Assembly: GCA_002633005.1 (NCBI GenBank)
Contig: NMRA01000300.1
Coordinates: 134,336 to 198,335 of the forward strand
Direction of reading: 5' to 3'
Length of the DNA stretch: 64,000 nucleotides
DNA from: Phoronis australis
Lineage: Eukaryota > Animalia > Phoronida
Shown: piece after piece, positions 1 through 12,352 of the stretch
How the letters are laid out: the number at the start of each line of letters is the position of its first letter
Numbering within the stretch: the stretch's first letter is position 1
Program-made: the position numbers and the translations under genes
The notes under the pieces: model-generated
The model's database searches: none
Seen by the model: the letters and a program-made list of their open reading frames with translations, nothing else
Told to the model about the DNA's origin: nothing

Positions 1-367
1 TGACACTATGGCGCTTGTAACCACGGCCACAACACATAATCTCACAACCTCCAACGCCCATAGAATCGGGATTGCACTGTCTACCTCGGGTCCCCGAAGT
101 GCCGAATCGTTTGTTTGGCTTACAGAAGTTAGGCGAACGCTCCGAATAAACCAAGTCTTCACGGAGCGGCCTCTTTATTGAACTGCCTTCGGGAATTAAC
201 GACCGACCGTCGTTCGAACTGACCACCTTAACGGCGCCATCGAATTTTTCTTTAAGTCTGTTTCCGACTTCTCTAAATAATGGCATTTTTCTCCAACACG
301 TCTTTATGTTGCAAGAGCCAGTCAGGCCGTGGCATTGGCAGTCAAGTTTCATATGTTTTGTGACACT
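1..367 (-). CDS. Wnt6: Wnt6 coding exon 4 (partial, continues beyond window start)
   Basis: Acceptor ttttacttttcag then open frame SVTKHMKLDCQCHGLTGSCNIKTCWRKMPLFREVGNRLKEKFDGA...DLVYSERSPNFC...GTRGRQCNPDSMGVGGCEIMCCGRGYKRHSV. Phase 0 matches exon 3. Not in the ORF track. Confidence 0.96.
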
Positions 368-3300
368 CTGAAAAGTAAAAACAACAGTGATAGTTACATC
401 TGTCCTACAGGGACCTCACGGCTCATTCAATCATCAATTATGCGATTGGATTTTGGCGCGGAAACAAATTCAAAAATCTAAGTCAGGTGTCATATACGAT
501 GATACTGATTGGTCATTTTTTGTATCGTAGCTTTTCTTTAAACGGTAGTTCAAAGGCTGTGATTTGAGAGGCAGGCCGTAAAAAGCACCAAAACTGGAAA
601 TGTTCCATGGTTAATAACCGTTGTGCTACAAATGATTGAAACAACTGATTTCTCAAAGTTTTCAAATTCGTTCTCTTCTCAAAATAGGGTCCCCCCACGA
701 CTCTTCAACACAATAAAATAGCGACAAGGATGAACTACAGTGATATTATTCTAACTTCTGAGACTTGTGTGAAGTCTTCTGGGGAAATCACGTTCGCAGT
801 AATATTGAAACTCGAGTTATCTCTTAACAACGGAAAGGTCTGCACTGAGATCGTGATTTTCTTTCACTTAAAAGATGGCGCTACACAACTTCCTCCTCAG
901 ACCTTCCTCGAGCGACGGCATTGAGAATTTGACCCACGTGATCAACTGAAAGTCATTTATGCCAATTTGTTGTTTAGGTCTACATTCCTGATTTTATAGC
1001 GCCGGTAAAATGCCTCATTTCAACTGTCAGAAACACAATTGATGTTCTTAGGAATGAGTAAACAGGCGACGGTCTATTACCAAATTTTGCAGCTAACCCG
1101 GGCGGGACAAATCGTGTGGTACCACTGGAGTTGAACCATATAAAGTAAGACCAAGGACAATGAGTTTAGCCTGCGTTTTTACATGTTTTATTTGTATTAA
1201 GCAACAAGTCGAATGTTGAAAGGAATGAATGAAATTCGTCTGCTCTAGCTACCCACGGCCAAACAACAGAATCACATAACTTACCAGCACCAAAAAATCG
1301 GTTCCCAAGCAATGTTTATTGAAACTAAAATTAAATAGATAAATGTATGGTAAGCTTAGTATTGCTGAAATTACAGGAATACGACTCTTCGCAATCGTTA
1401 TTTCAAATGTTTCTAGAACGTTACTCTTGATAGTGAACAGCATTAGACAAGTCTAGGGGTACTTGAACCATGGGTTGTTAAACTAAGCTGTCACAAACAA
1501 TGTCCTGTTGTCAGATACGACTTCTTCTCTGCGTACTTGCTTTTCATGTTCTTGAACTTTGCTTGCGATTTAAATTGTTCGCCAATAAAACGCCAACAAT
1601 TCCGGCCATCAGCGGCTGAAACTAGGCTGCAGTGACAAGCAAACTTGTCAAGTCTAGTGTGGACTATTAACTTCCTGTCAGTTAGTGTGAAGCCTCGAGT
1701 TGAGAATTGCTTCCGATGTTCTATATTTTTTCTTTATTCCTGACATAATCCATGAATATTTGTCTTACATATCATTTTTTTCTGAGTTTCACTTTATATC
1801 ACTATTACTATAGTTAATATTTTACGTTATTTTCACGTATTGTTACCGTTTTATTTATTTTTTTATCTATTTTACACTATTTTTTGTTTCATGCCTTTCA
1901 TTTATTACATTATTTAGTTATTTCATACATTGCTTTACCGTGGGTACTATGGGAGAGTAGTTAATTTCACTGCTATCCACTATAAACGGATCTTTAATAA
2001 ATAAATAAATAAAAAGAAACGCTGCTCCATGTGGAACGCCAAGCCGGGCATGTGAGGGTGGGAACATATGAACAGTCACGTGATGTGCGCGGATGCCTTC
2101 CGCAGCAAAACGATGAAAACCCGATTTACCACAAGAGCCCACTCATTGCCGTAAAAGTTATTAAATTGACTGCCACATAATTATGTACCAATGGTTTTTT
2201 CATCCTGTTCGACAATAATCTTTTTGAAGACCAATCAAGCAATATAAAAATTATGGAATAGTTAGATGTTTTTAATGGGATATTATCGTCTTTACGGCCG
2301 CACATGCAGGATTAATGTTGATATAGCTAGACATGTTATTGATTTTGACCACAATCCTAAATCAACAAAAATTCGTTGTTTCTGTGATTTATTTTAAATC
2401 GCCAATTCTCGCCGTTGTTTGTCAGACATTTGATGAAATAAAGACCGTTGACCTTACCAGTTAAATGGCTAAAATACTCCGCAATTTTTCGAGTGCATTG
2501 GTTTATCGCTGACAGTAGAACTTAAGGCTGCAATGGCGGGGGTTTTAAGTTCCAATTCGCACTAAAGTTGATGTCTGAACTGATTTTTCTCGCCCATACT
2601 GTTCCTTCGAGCAGTCTGAGGCATTCCGTTCCCATCCGTTCACTTCTGCGCACGAATATCAAACATTAATTCAGTCAGTTATGCTTTGAACACATGACCA
2701 CAAAAGCGTTAGATTCCGTTCCCATGTTTCACAAAACAGAATAACTACAACGTACACTCACGAAATATCAAAGACAAATTAGCGTTATGGATTCTCGCAC
2801 CAAACGAAGTCCACCAGTTAACAATTTGACAAAGCGAACCCAGATACTGCTGTCTTTGGGGAGCTTTAAACAGGAACACGGCAATATTATCAAACGCACA
2901 TGTGCAGCCGGAAACAATAAAAGACTAATCATTCTAACATGGCCATAAAACAAACTTTGCCTTGGATACAGTCTTATCTTGCTGCTCATCATCTGAGAAC
3001 GTGTAGGAGAGAACTAGCTATCTCGTAGCCCGAAAACTATGCGAAAGTGTTTAAGTTAACTGAGAGTTCAGTGAAGTGCACGCCGTCTGGCGTGAGTAAT
3101 CCCTGTGCTCGTACTAACATCACACACAACACACTTTCCATGAACATCTGCATGTTTAAGAAGTAAAATAAACAAACTTTCCCTCGCGTGAATTGGGGAT
3201 TGTTTTTTTTTTCAAAAATCATTTGTCATTTTTATTGTGACTTGGATTTTTACAGAAAAGCCTTATTTTTTAAGCCTCATCTCTTCAGGAGAAGTAGCGA

Positions 3301-3761
3301 TTTTACCAGGTTTGCAAGGCACGACGTCATGTATTTTGGTGACGTCATGTATTTAGGTCTTTATGTATGCCTTCTAGACAACCGACGTCATCTCTAGTTG
3401 TACTTATTATTTTCCTGGCACCATACCTCCGCAAAGCTGTCATTTGAACGACTGTTTTTACTCCAATAACATAAGAAACCGAATCAGTGAACATCATAAT
3501 ATTCTGGCAAATACGATAGTTTTATTTTAAAATCTATCGTTCAAATAATTATATGGCTCTAGACATTCCAGGAAGTGATAACGGCGAAACATATGGATGA
3601 GAAGCAACCGGAAGCGATCGTCATAGCATTGAAGAAACATTTAAAGACACTCTTCCCGATCCATTTAAGATGAACATTTTATGGGAAAAAATAATATCTG
3701 AACAGAATTTTATCCAAACCTATTCCCGAACGAGTTTTGAGAAGAGCATTTTCTCGAATTA

Positions 3762-4034
3762 TTAACACTGCATTTCGCCCTGTTCAGCTGGCTACCACCA
3801 CAAACTACAAGCAATGCGTACACGCACCGTATTCCACGTCTCAGTTTTAGCGCTGGCCCATCACAATAACCTCGAAAGTGATATATAAGTTGATGATGGC
3901 TTCGATGTTCTTATTGGTAACGCCGTGAAATAGAATACAATCTCAGTAAGAAATTATGGGACCGATTTTATGAGAGGAAAGGGCCTAATTCGATCTTCGT
4001 TTATCCAGCTAAAAAGGGCGAAGTGCAACTTTAA
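3762..4034. mobile_element. TTAA-flanked non-autonomous DNA transposon (Kolobok/piggyBac-like ends), copy a
   Basis: TTAA..TGCATTTCGCCC at left and GGGCGAAGTGCAACT-TTAA at right; related element at 23339-23700. Confidence 0.55.
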
Positions 4035-5164
4035 GTTTGTTTTTGTAAACAAAATGGCGGAGGTATGATTAAATGATACTGGATTGCATTCACTGTTTCT
4101 GATCTAAAAAAAAATTAATGCAAATACATGAATGACAAGGTTGGTTATAATAACATAATGTGACCTATTTTGGTGTTAACTGTTGATTGACAAGCCTCGT
4201 TCTGAAATGTTAACTGATGGAAATAAAGGAAATTATATCTTAAGACTTTCCCTTTATCAAGTTTTTACAGAAAACGAGATAACAAGATCACGCGAAATCA
4301 CGTAACTGAAAGGCGAGTGATTTGTGAGAATGCTCGAGATCTGAGTATGGTCAAACAAAACAATGCCGGCCACTGAAGTATTGTAACGGTGAAGTTGAAA
4401 TTAACTGAGGGATTGATTAATAAACTGATAGATTTCAGAATAAAATTCACTGTTTCCGTTTTATAAATGACATTTTTTATCGAAAGTGCCTGTCTTGGGT
4501 CTACAAAACGCAGTCGCTACAGGAAGCTTTCGACTCCAAAATACGCAGTCTTTTTGACGATGTTTCTACGTTTGTTTAGCTGAACTCGCAAAAAAGAAAA
4601 AACGAAACTGGGAAATGTTGTTAATATTTTTATCGAGATTGAGAAGTAACGTAAAATGTAGACACCAAAAAAGGAAATAACACACCGGCTGTTTCTAGTG
4701 ATCGTGCCAGGTAGTTATCGTCTAAATTTTCACCCACGTTTGTATCTTTCGATGTAGTGTGCAGTGTTATACTTATCTTTTCCCATGGTGGCTGAATGCT
4801 TACACAGAGTCTAGACATTTTTATGTCCGACTTGTTCAAAGATTCAATTGATGGAACTATGTTGGACAGTACTTTTATGACTTCCGTTGAAGTGAAGCGA
4901 CAAATTGACCTAACAGTTTTACATATTCGATGATGTGGTTCGTCTTGTAATGTTACAACACATGACAACCATAAACTGTGCACTAATATACTTGTCAAAA
5001 CTCATACATGTATAAACAGAATAATAAGTGACTTTGAATTACGTGCAAGTTACCCAGCTACGTGTATGTTGGAGACCCTCTGTATGTTTATGTGTGTGAC
5101 GTGTACGCTATTATGACTCACTCTACAACCATCATGAATTACTGACGGACACTGTCAGCTTAGG

Positions 5165-5322
5165 CCAGCCTCCCATTCAGTAACGCTAGGACCTCGCTAA
5201 AAAGCAAGACTTCGCGAGATTACGTGAAATATTGCCGTACATTTTTAATGAGAACACGTGGCTTTGACTAGGTTTTAGCTAGGTCCTAGCGTAAGTCCTA
5301 GCGTCTACTGAACGCACGCCAG
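5165..5322. mobile_element. MITE family 1, copy a
   Basis: Terminal inverted repeats TTCAGTA-ACGCTAGGAC / GTCCTAGCGT-CTACTGAA; near-identical copy at 32729-32891. Confidence 0.8.
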
Positions 5323-5417
5323 TTTTTGTTTAAGGCTAGGAAATCGGTTTCCGTCAAAAGAAATTCTGATTTAGATGACGTATTCTTATAAAATTGGTCT
5401 CAAATAGTAATTAAATA

Positions 5418-5681
5418 CATACGCGTACCCAGCCTAAACTATAGGGAGGCTCGAATTTTTCGTTATACGGACCTTATACTGAAAGAATTCAACGAGAAAA
5501 AAAACGAGGCCACTAGGTTCAGGCCCACGAATTGTGCATCCGCGCCGGCTTCCCGTGGATTTTTTTGACTTTTATCTCGTTTACTTGGACTTTTTGTTTC
5601 ACTGAGGCGGATCTTGTTGCCCAATTCGCCAATTTGGGGGGCTCATTCTAGCCCCCCGAGCCCCCCGAGTCCCCCTGGGTG
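5418..5681. mobile_element. G/C-tract non-autonomous element family 2, copy a
   Basis: CATACGCGTACCCAGCC...TGAGGCGGATCTTG...GGGGGGCTC..GAGCCCCCC..CCTGGGTG; homologous to 6677-6916, 31468-31699 and 60355-60551. Confidence 0.7.
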
Positions 5682-5829
5682 AGAAGAACTGACATTACTT
5701 AATTATTGGGGAGTATCAAGCTACCAAAGTTGACTTGTCACAACAGGTCACGTGACCAGCTGCGCATGGTCTAGAGCAATAACGAACTTTCGGTTCTTTG
5801 ACATACGAAAAATCACGTCTCAACTAACG

Positions 5830-6340
5830 CTGGTTCCCTGCGTGCCGCTAGCGGCTAGCCAGCAAGCAGGTATCACTTAATTTTCCTCGGGAAATTTTTT
5901 ACACCGTCGTTTCTGATTGGCTGATCAAATTCTCAATAGGCAGCGCTTTACGCAAACAAACTAGCATGACTGATGGAGAAAGTGTAAGTGTGGTTTGTTG
6001 TACAGACAAATCGGTGCTTGAAATTTATGGTCAGGAAATGTGAATCCCAGAAATTGTGGTTTCGCCTTTTCGGAGTGCATCTTTCTACTGTCGATGACTT
6101 TTGTTTACGATACTGCCCTGTATTCATACAGTATGATTCAATTATAAGCACTCGCCGCTAGCAACATTACTGCAGACGCCACTCATGACCAGGCTAAATA
6201 TCGTTCACACTAGACCAAATGTGTCACGTTGTTGTAAAGCTAACCAATGACTGCCGAGGTTACAGTACATCAGCCCAATGCTGAAGCGCGTGCTACTGCG
6301 TGAACCCTGCGTGCTGGCTAGGCTCGTAGGGAACCATCGA
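5830..6340. mobile_element. MITE with TGGTTCCCT..CTAGCCAGCA TIRs
   Basis: TGGTTCCCTGCG..GCTAGCCAGCAAGCAGG at left, CCTGCGTGCTGGCTAG..CGTAGGGAACCA at right. Confidence 0.55.
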
Positions 6341-6436
6341 GTTTTCAACTGAGCAAGGAAAATTCAAGACCAATGTTATAACAGTTGGTGGTCTACGTAA
6401 ACAGTTACTTTTCAGATAAAATATTATGGCGTATAG

Positions 6437-6586
6437 CAGTGGAGGATTTAAGGGAGGGGGGGCAAGGGTCCATGCCCCCCTAAAATTCTCTCAGATTCCA
6501 TTTAGCAGTTCGGGGGTGCGAACGTCTGACGGGCAAAATCCTGGCTAATACTTCCCCCCAACTCAAAATCCTGGATCTGCCCACTA
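6437..6586. mobile_element. CAGTGGCGGAT-ended MITE family 3, copy a
   Basis: CAGTGGAGGATTTA...AACTCAAAATCCTGGATCTGCCC; reverse-complement copy at 50575-50722. Confidence 0.65.
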
Positions 6587-6676
6587 TGCAGATGAATACA
6601 GACTGAATTACAATTATGTATTCTTGTTAGTTCTAGTTTAATCTGACGTTGAGCAAATACTATGTTATTTAAAGTA

Positions 6677-6916
6677 CATGCGCACCCAGCCTTTAATACG
6701 ATGTGGACCTTTTACCGACAAAAACAGCCGAAGGACTAAAAAAACGGGGGTACCGCGTCCACAGCTGCGAAGTGTGCGTTTGTGCCTGTTTAGTGGACTT
6801 TTTGTCTCGTTTTGTCGGACTTTTTGTTTTTCCGAGGCGGACCTTTTTGTCCACTTCGCCGAATGGGGGGGGGGGGGGCNGAGCCCCCCGAGCCCACCCC
6901 CCTGGGTGTACGCATG
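6677..6916. mobile_element. G/C-tract non-autonomous element family 2, copy b
   Basis: TIR CATGCGCACCC / GGGTGTACGCATG and internal GAGGCGGACCTTTTTG. Explains the spurious ORFs at 6665-7125. Confidence 0.75.
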
Positions 6917-7444
6917 AAGTACGCACTTGTTGCACCATATACGTAAATATGTTAGCCGATGTCTCACAGGACCCTAAAAAACTTGCCTACCTTAAGACCG
7001 CCAATTATGTCAGAAATGTCAGACAATGTCTATATGATACTTTCACATACTATGGTTATTTCATTGTTCTCAAAATCTTTGTCTGGGATTGTTCTAATAT
7101 GTTCTACTTTTGCACGAGGAGCTAAAGCATTATTATTTTATCGTTTTCTTGGAAAAACTCAGAATGCGTCAAAAGAAACCGAAATGATATTAAACAACTT
7201 TTTTGAGGTTATTGTAATCACTTCTTTGGTATAAATGTACCTTTCTATTTAGTTAAATTGTAGTAAAAACATGGTCACGTGACCCAATGAATAAACTAGT
7301 GGCACAGAACTGAAAATCAAAGTCTAGAAGTTTCCTACTTTCGTGAAATATGTACTTTAAGAGAAATTTCTATAGTTTTATATCTGTATATGGCTAAATG
7401 ACGCAAGGCCTTATATCATAACTTTACATGTTACGCCTACTTAC

Positions 7445-7722
7445 AAGACGTCCAGCTTCGTTGTTATGCAGCCTTGTTAACGCTTTCACATCCTGTGCCC
7501 TCTTCCTTGGTCTTGCGTCCATGAACTCTTTTGACTTTCTGTTTCCGAACTGTACATTATCCCCGCAGCCTCCCCATTTCCACGCCTCATCTTTAACTGA
7601 GTCCCTTAACTTTTTGTCGCACTCACACTGACGCGACAATTTGCCCATGCTGCAAGCTTGTGTAATTTTGTAAACAACGCCTGCTGCCGTTATAGCATTA
7701 ATGAAGGCCACTTCTCGCGTAT
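7445..7722 (-). CDS. Wnt6: Wnt6 coding exon 3
   Basis: Acceptor tttcag, donor GTAAGT. Encodes DTREVAFINAITAAGVVYKITQACSMGKL...WKWGGCGDNVQFG...LHNNEAGRL with core Wnt motifs. 278 bp, phases 1/0. Confidence 0.97.
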
Positions 7723-9300
7723 CTGAAACATGGGAATGAAAAATGTACCTGGACACATAAAAATGAAATTGTATTTAGCTATCACTTTGTAAGGCTGTCA
7801 TCTTGGATTCGGTATGGCTTCATGGTTGCGCTTTCTTTTCAAAATTCCAATCACTGTACATCATATTATTCGTAAGAAACATGTGACGTCACTTCTCATT
7901 TCACATGGAAGAAGCTTTGCCCGTCATTCACAAATTCTGCAAGTGCTCTTCAAGACGTCGGTTTACTTCATAAATTTGACTTACAACGCGACCGGCACCA
8001 TTGTCAATGTAACACATGTATTTTGAAGTTACGCACGCGAGTAAGTTACAGTGCACGGTTTTATCCTTCTCGTGGTTTTAACTGGAAATCCCAAAGTTTT
8101 TGATAGAAACATTGCCAAATAGTTCATCTCATCTGTTCCTGAGACAACCCTTTTAAACAAATTTCTTAACTTGTTATTTTTATCAAATCTACACAGTATG
8201 GAAATCGTTGCGTGAAATCTGAAGCGCCTCTTTTGGCGGCTCAAGACAACCTTCTCAAATACGCCGTTGTGGCTAATGGCTTGTGACACATAAGCGTACA
8301 CTAAGCATGTAGACACCAGTTCCCCTGCCGATTTACCTCCAGTCAAATTAAGATTTGTTAACATTAAGTGGTTTGTCGTTTGTGATCCCAAATCAAAATA
8401 AACACTGCCACCGATACTACACACTCGAAGTGCTTCGATAGCAGACATATCTTAGAACGCGGTAAAGCCGTCGTGTTTGTGATTTGATGTTACCCAACGA
8501 AAACGATTGTAAGATTCTCAGTCGCGCGTGTTTGTATATGGTGGTCAATCTGACTCCAAATAAACTTTTTAATTAGTTTAGTTACATGTGATTCTGTTGA
8601 CCAGTAGTGCACGCTTGACCAGACTGGATTGCCCTGGTCTGCTGTCGATAGAAGGACGATATCACACATGGGTACATGTGTACCTGTGACGCACTCTAAA
8701 AAGAGCGTTAGAAGCGGCGCAACGTCCTTTGCGTCCTTATATGATCTTATCTAGTATGGCCAAATCCTATCTCTTGTGCTAAAATCTGTTCTTTCCTTTG
8801 ACTTTTTAAAGAAGTTATCTAGGAAGTGATTTTTTATTTAAAAGTCCGTGCACAGCCGCTTCACAGGTGGGATTGCCATTAGCCATCATAAATGTGCTCA
8901 ATTACATTCCTGAACTAAAGAGTAACCAATTAATGAGTAGGGAGTATTTTGAGCAGAGAACCTACGAGGATTTATTTCGTGATATCTGTCAACATTTGTT
9001 CCTTGTATGCAAGTGCTGACAAACAACTCCAGTTTATCGTTTCCGAATTTTACCGAACGTCTCCGAATATTAACCCCTTCTCAGTTTCCCTACAAATGTA
9101 TCTTCCCCTATCGGTATGTGAGTGAATCCAGCCAGCCAGGATGGTACCCGGTTCGGTAGTTAGTACCTTTTTCAGAAATGGGATGGGTATGACCAAATGC
9201 AGTTTACTGGCGATTACACGATAGCTAGGTTGTAAGTACGGCCACAGGGGGCGCTGATGTCAATCCGGTCTAGTAACCATGCAATAACAACATTTCTCAC

Positions 9301-9524
9301 CTGATTTCAGCACCCTTCTGAATGTTTTATGCTTAGTCGTACAATTCCATCGTCTGTCTTTAAATTGAAACTGACACTCGCTGAAAGCGAGTGTCACTCC
9401 ATTTGCCACCTGAGTCACGATTTCAGGTTCTTTCCTACAGATGACTTGTTGCCGTCCCACCAAGCGCCTGTTCTTTTTGCAGATACTATTTCGATCTATT
9501 CCCACCAGGGGGCTCCCAACAGCC
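9301..9524 (-). CDS. Wnt6: Wnt6 coding exon 2
   Basis: Acceptor tttcag, donor GTGAGA. Encodes AVGSPLVGIDRNSICKKNRRLVGRQQVICRKEPEIVTQVANGVTLAFSECQFQFKDRRWNCTTKHKTFRRVLKS, matching Wnt6 (AVGSPL..D.NSIC, EPEIV, ECQFQF..RRWNC). 224 bp, phases 2/1. Confidence 0.96.
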
Positions 9525-9664
9525 CTGAAATGGTCAAATAAGAAAAACATGATGGAAAGGCAATTATTGGCATTCACATTTCTCCCCATCCTACAACCTT
9601 GTGTTTGACTGGACCAGTCTTTCTCCACATTCGTCGTCATGGTAACTGCTGTTTGTTGCTCTGT

Positions 9665-9893
9665 TAAAGTCCCGTGCAGTGTCAAATTTGAAAATTATTG
9701 TTTCGGTGTATGGGTGGAACCCTATGTTTTGGTTTATTTATTACTACGAGTTAGCGTTCCTAATTACGAGTAGAAAAACAAGGATCGAACGCACGTAATT
9801 GATTATGTCATCGGGAACATTCACCACACCTACCTTTATTGTTCCCAAGTTTGTAATTTCGAGTTGATCTAGTTTGCGGTGCATGGGACTTAA
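9665..9893. mobile_element. TTAA-flanked MITE
   Basis: TTAAAGTCCCGTGCA ... TGCATGGGACTTAA terminal inverted repeats. Confidence 0.5.
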
Positions 9894-11275
9894 ACATTAA
9901 TTTAGTAAACAGTAAATATCTTGAAAGTTCTGGGACTCATATAAACTATCCACTACCTTTGGGTCTACGGTACCGGTAACTGTAAACAAGTACCGGAAAA
10001 GGTCACCCTTTAAGTGAAACTGTATAATAAAGAACCCAAAGATTAATTGTTTAGATTTTCAAAAACTAGTTTTACTTTTGTACGCTGTTCTAACACCACC
10101 GAGACGCTGAACACAAATCAGATATATCTCCCCTGTTTGCCAACGGTTGACTTAGCTGATTGCACGTGACCGTGACAAACCGCCATGTCAGATGAGTGAA
10201 ACAGTGAGAGTGAGAACATAGTGGGTGAAAAGATACAGAAGTGGATGAAACGGTTTTGTTATAGGAATATTCTGCCAACAAGCCCTAATATGAAGATGAC
10301 ATTGGCAGCGTTGAGAAGAATGCATTACGAATGATCCGTTATTGATGAATCCAGGGTTACTGATTACTTCGAAAATAGATCAATAGAACAATAGATTTTT
10401 TTAGATTATATTCACTCTACCAGCTCACACTGGTGGTTTCTTGTGACGTAATCTTAGGAAATTCTGCGGACAGTTTCCCACGAGTCCTGGAGGTTTGAAA
10501 ACTAAAATTTATTTATAGTTAAATAATGACTATAATTCCATTTTGAATTTATTAATTATCAATTTATTCATTGAGGTCTCTCAACACATCATTCACCTTG
10601 AACGGACAACGCGCGCCATCTGTCACGCTGTAGATAGCGTAAACCATAAAACTGATTTGGACAATAGTTAAACTCATGATTATGCTGGAGAGAAATAACA
10701 ATGATTATTAGAGTAAAATCTAGCGATAAATCCTGTTGTCATCGTTCGTCACCAGTTCTACAAGTGGTCACATGGACTGGAACTCGAAATTATTTGTAGA
10801 TAAAAACTGTATTTCTCCTAAGGTTTATTTACCGTTGCTTCGAACTTTCTCACAAGAATCTCGTTGCTCGCACTCGTTGTTCGCACTTTAATCGCCTTTA
10901 GGAAAGCCCGACAGCGAACACATTGCCTATAATATGTCCTTATAATAGACTACAGCATATTTCCGAAGGCAAAATTGTGAAGGCACTTATCAAAAATCAA
11001 AACCGGAGGAACGAATCATTTGATCTGTATTTGAACTGAAAATCACAGCAGGGATCTCTTGTTTTCATAAACGGAAACTACTGTTTTTACATTATTCGAA
11101 AACAACAGTCGTTGGTCACGCGTTTGTCAAAGTATGCTTAGAACATGACCAATTAACGTTTCCCACTATATAAAGAATCCTGGTCATAACACCTCAGTAG
11201 TATAGAGCCTGCATGATATTCCTCGAAATCGTAGTTGTTTATTTCACCCAATAGATTTGTTTCACAAATAGATGA

Positions 11276-11417
11276 CATGGGCGGCGCACCATAGGGGGCT
11301 GGGGGGCTACAGGTCCCACTTTTTTCAGTGCTGCGCCGCCCATGGTCTATAGGCGATGCACCACAGGGGGGGCTAGGGAAATTTTAGTCCTCCCACTTTT
11401 TTCAGTGCTGCGTCGCT
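11276..11417. repeat. ~70-bp mini-MITE plus degenerate tandem copy
   Basis: CATGGGCGGCGCA...TGCGCCGCCCATG inverted ends (11276-11344), followed at once by a diverged second copy sharing TCCCACTTTTTTCAGTGCTGCG. Confidence 0.65.
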
Positions 11418-12115
11418 CAAGGACGGAAACCAACAACTTTGTCACTAGCAGTACTTGCTTTGATAACGATGGATATACACACAAGGCTAACATCAAATCG
11501 TACGACAAATACAGTGTCGATTGTTGTGTATAAGCCAGCAAACAAAATGCTAGGCGATTTGGTACGTCGAAAAATGCACCCTAGCTTTTTGTTTGCGGAC
11601 AATTCATTGCAGCCAGCATAGCAATACAAGGCAGGTGAATCTAGCCTCCAGCCACTTAGATTTACAACCAGAAACACGTGTAGTTGCCCATTACTGGCTC
11701 ATTCAAATTTCCAAAGTAATTCCATGCACGCGTCCACAATGGTTCATGTTGTAGGCTACCCTATCTTCAAACGAGACACCTTCTGTGCTTCTCTGTTAGA
11801 AGCAGAGGCAAAGAAGAAAATATTAAAATACCAATTTGGATCATAAAGTTTTTGCCTTGAGAAAAAGGAGCTAAACTAACAACAATGTCTGTTCGTGCCA
11901 CAACTGAAACAGTGTACACGAGGCAAGTGAACTAACATACATGTACTTATGCACTGTACACCTGGTTGCTGCGACTGTCAACTGCTCTGATAAGACAATT
12001 GTCAGTTTCTTTTCTTAAATCAAAATCAAACAAAAGTCTGTTTTTAAATCCCCTAAAGATAAACTTTATTGGAAGTAATTGGTTTTTAACCTGCTGCACT
12101 ATAACTTCCCAATAA

Positions 12116-12352
12116 ATGAGAACACAGCATAAAGCCCCCTATGAGAACACAGCATATAGCCCCTATGAGAGCACAGCATGGCTCCCCTATGAGAGCAAAG
12201 CCTGGCGCCCCTATGAGAACACAGCATGGCGCCCCTATGAGAACACAGCATGGCACCCTATGAGAACACAGCATGGCGCCCCTTTGAGAACACAGCATGG
12301 CGCCCCTATGAGAACACAGCATGGCGCCCCTATGAGAACACAGCATAAAGCC
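12116..12352. repeat. 24-bp minisatellite, about 10 copies
   Basis: Unit TGAGAACACAGCATGGCGCCCCTA. Confidence 0.95.

Noticed and set aside
6665-7125. Overlapping Gly/Pro-rich ORFs
   Set aside because: They derive from the G/C-tract MITE that recurs four times in the window.
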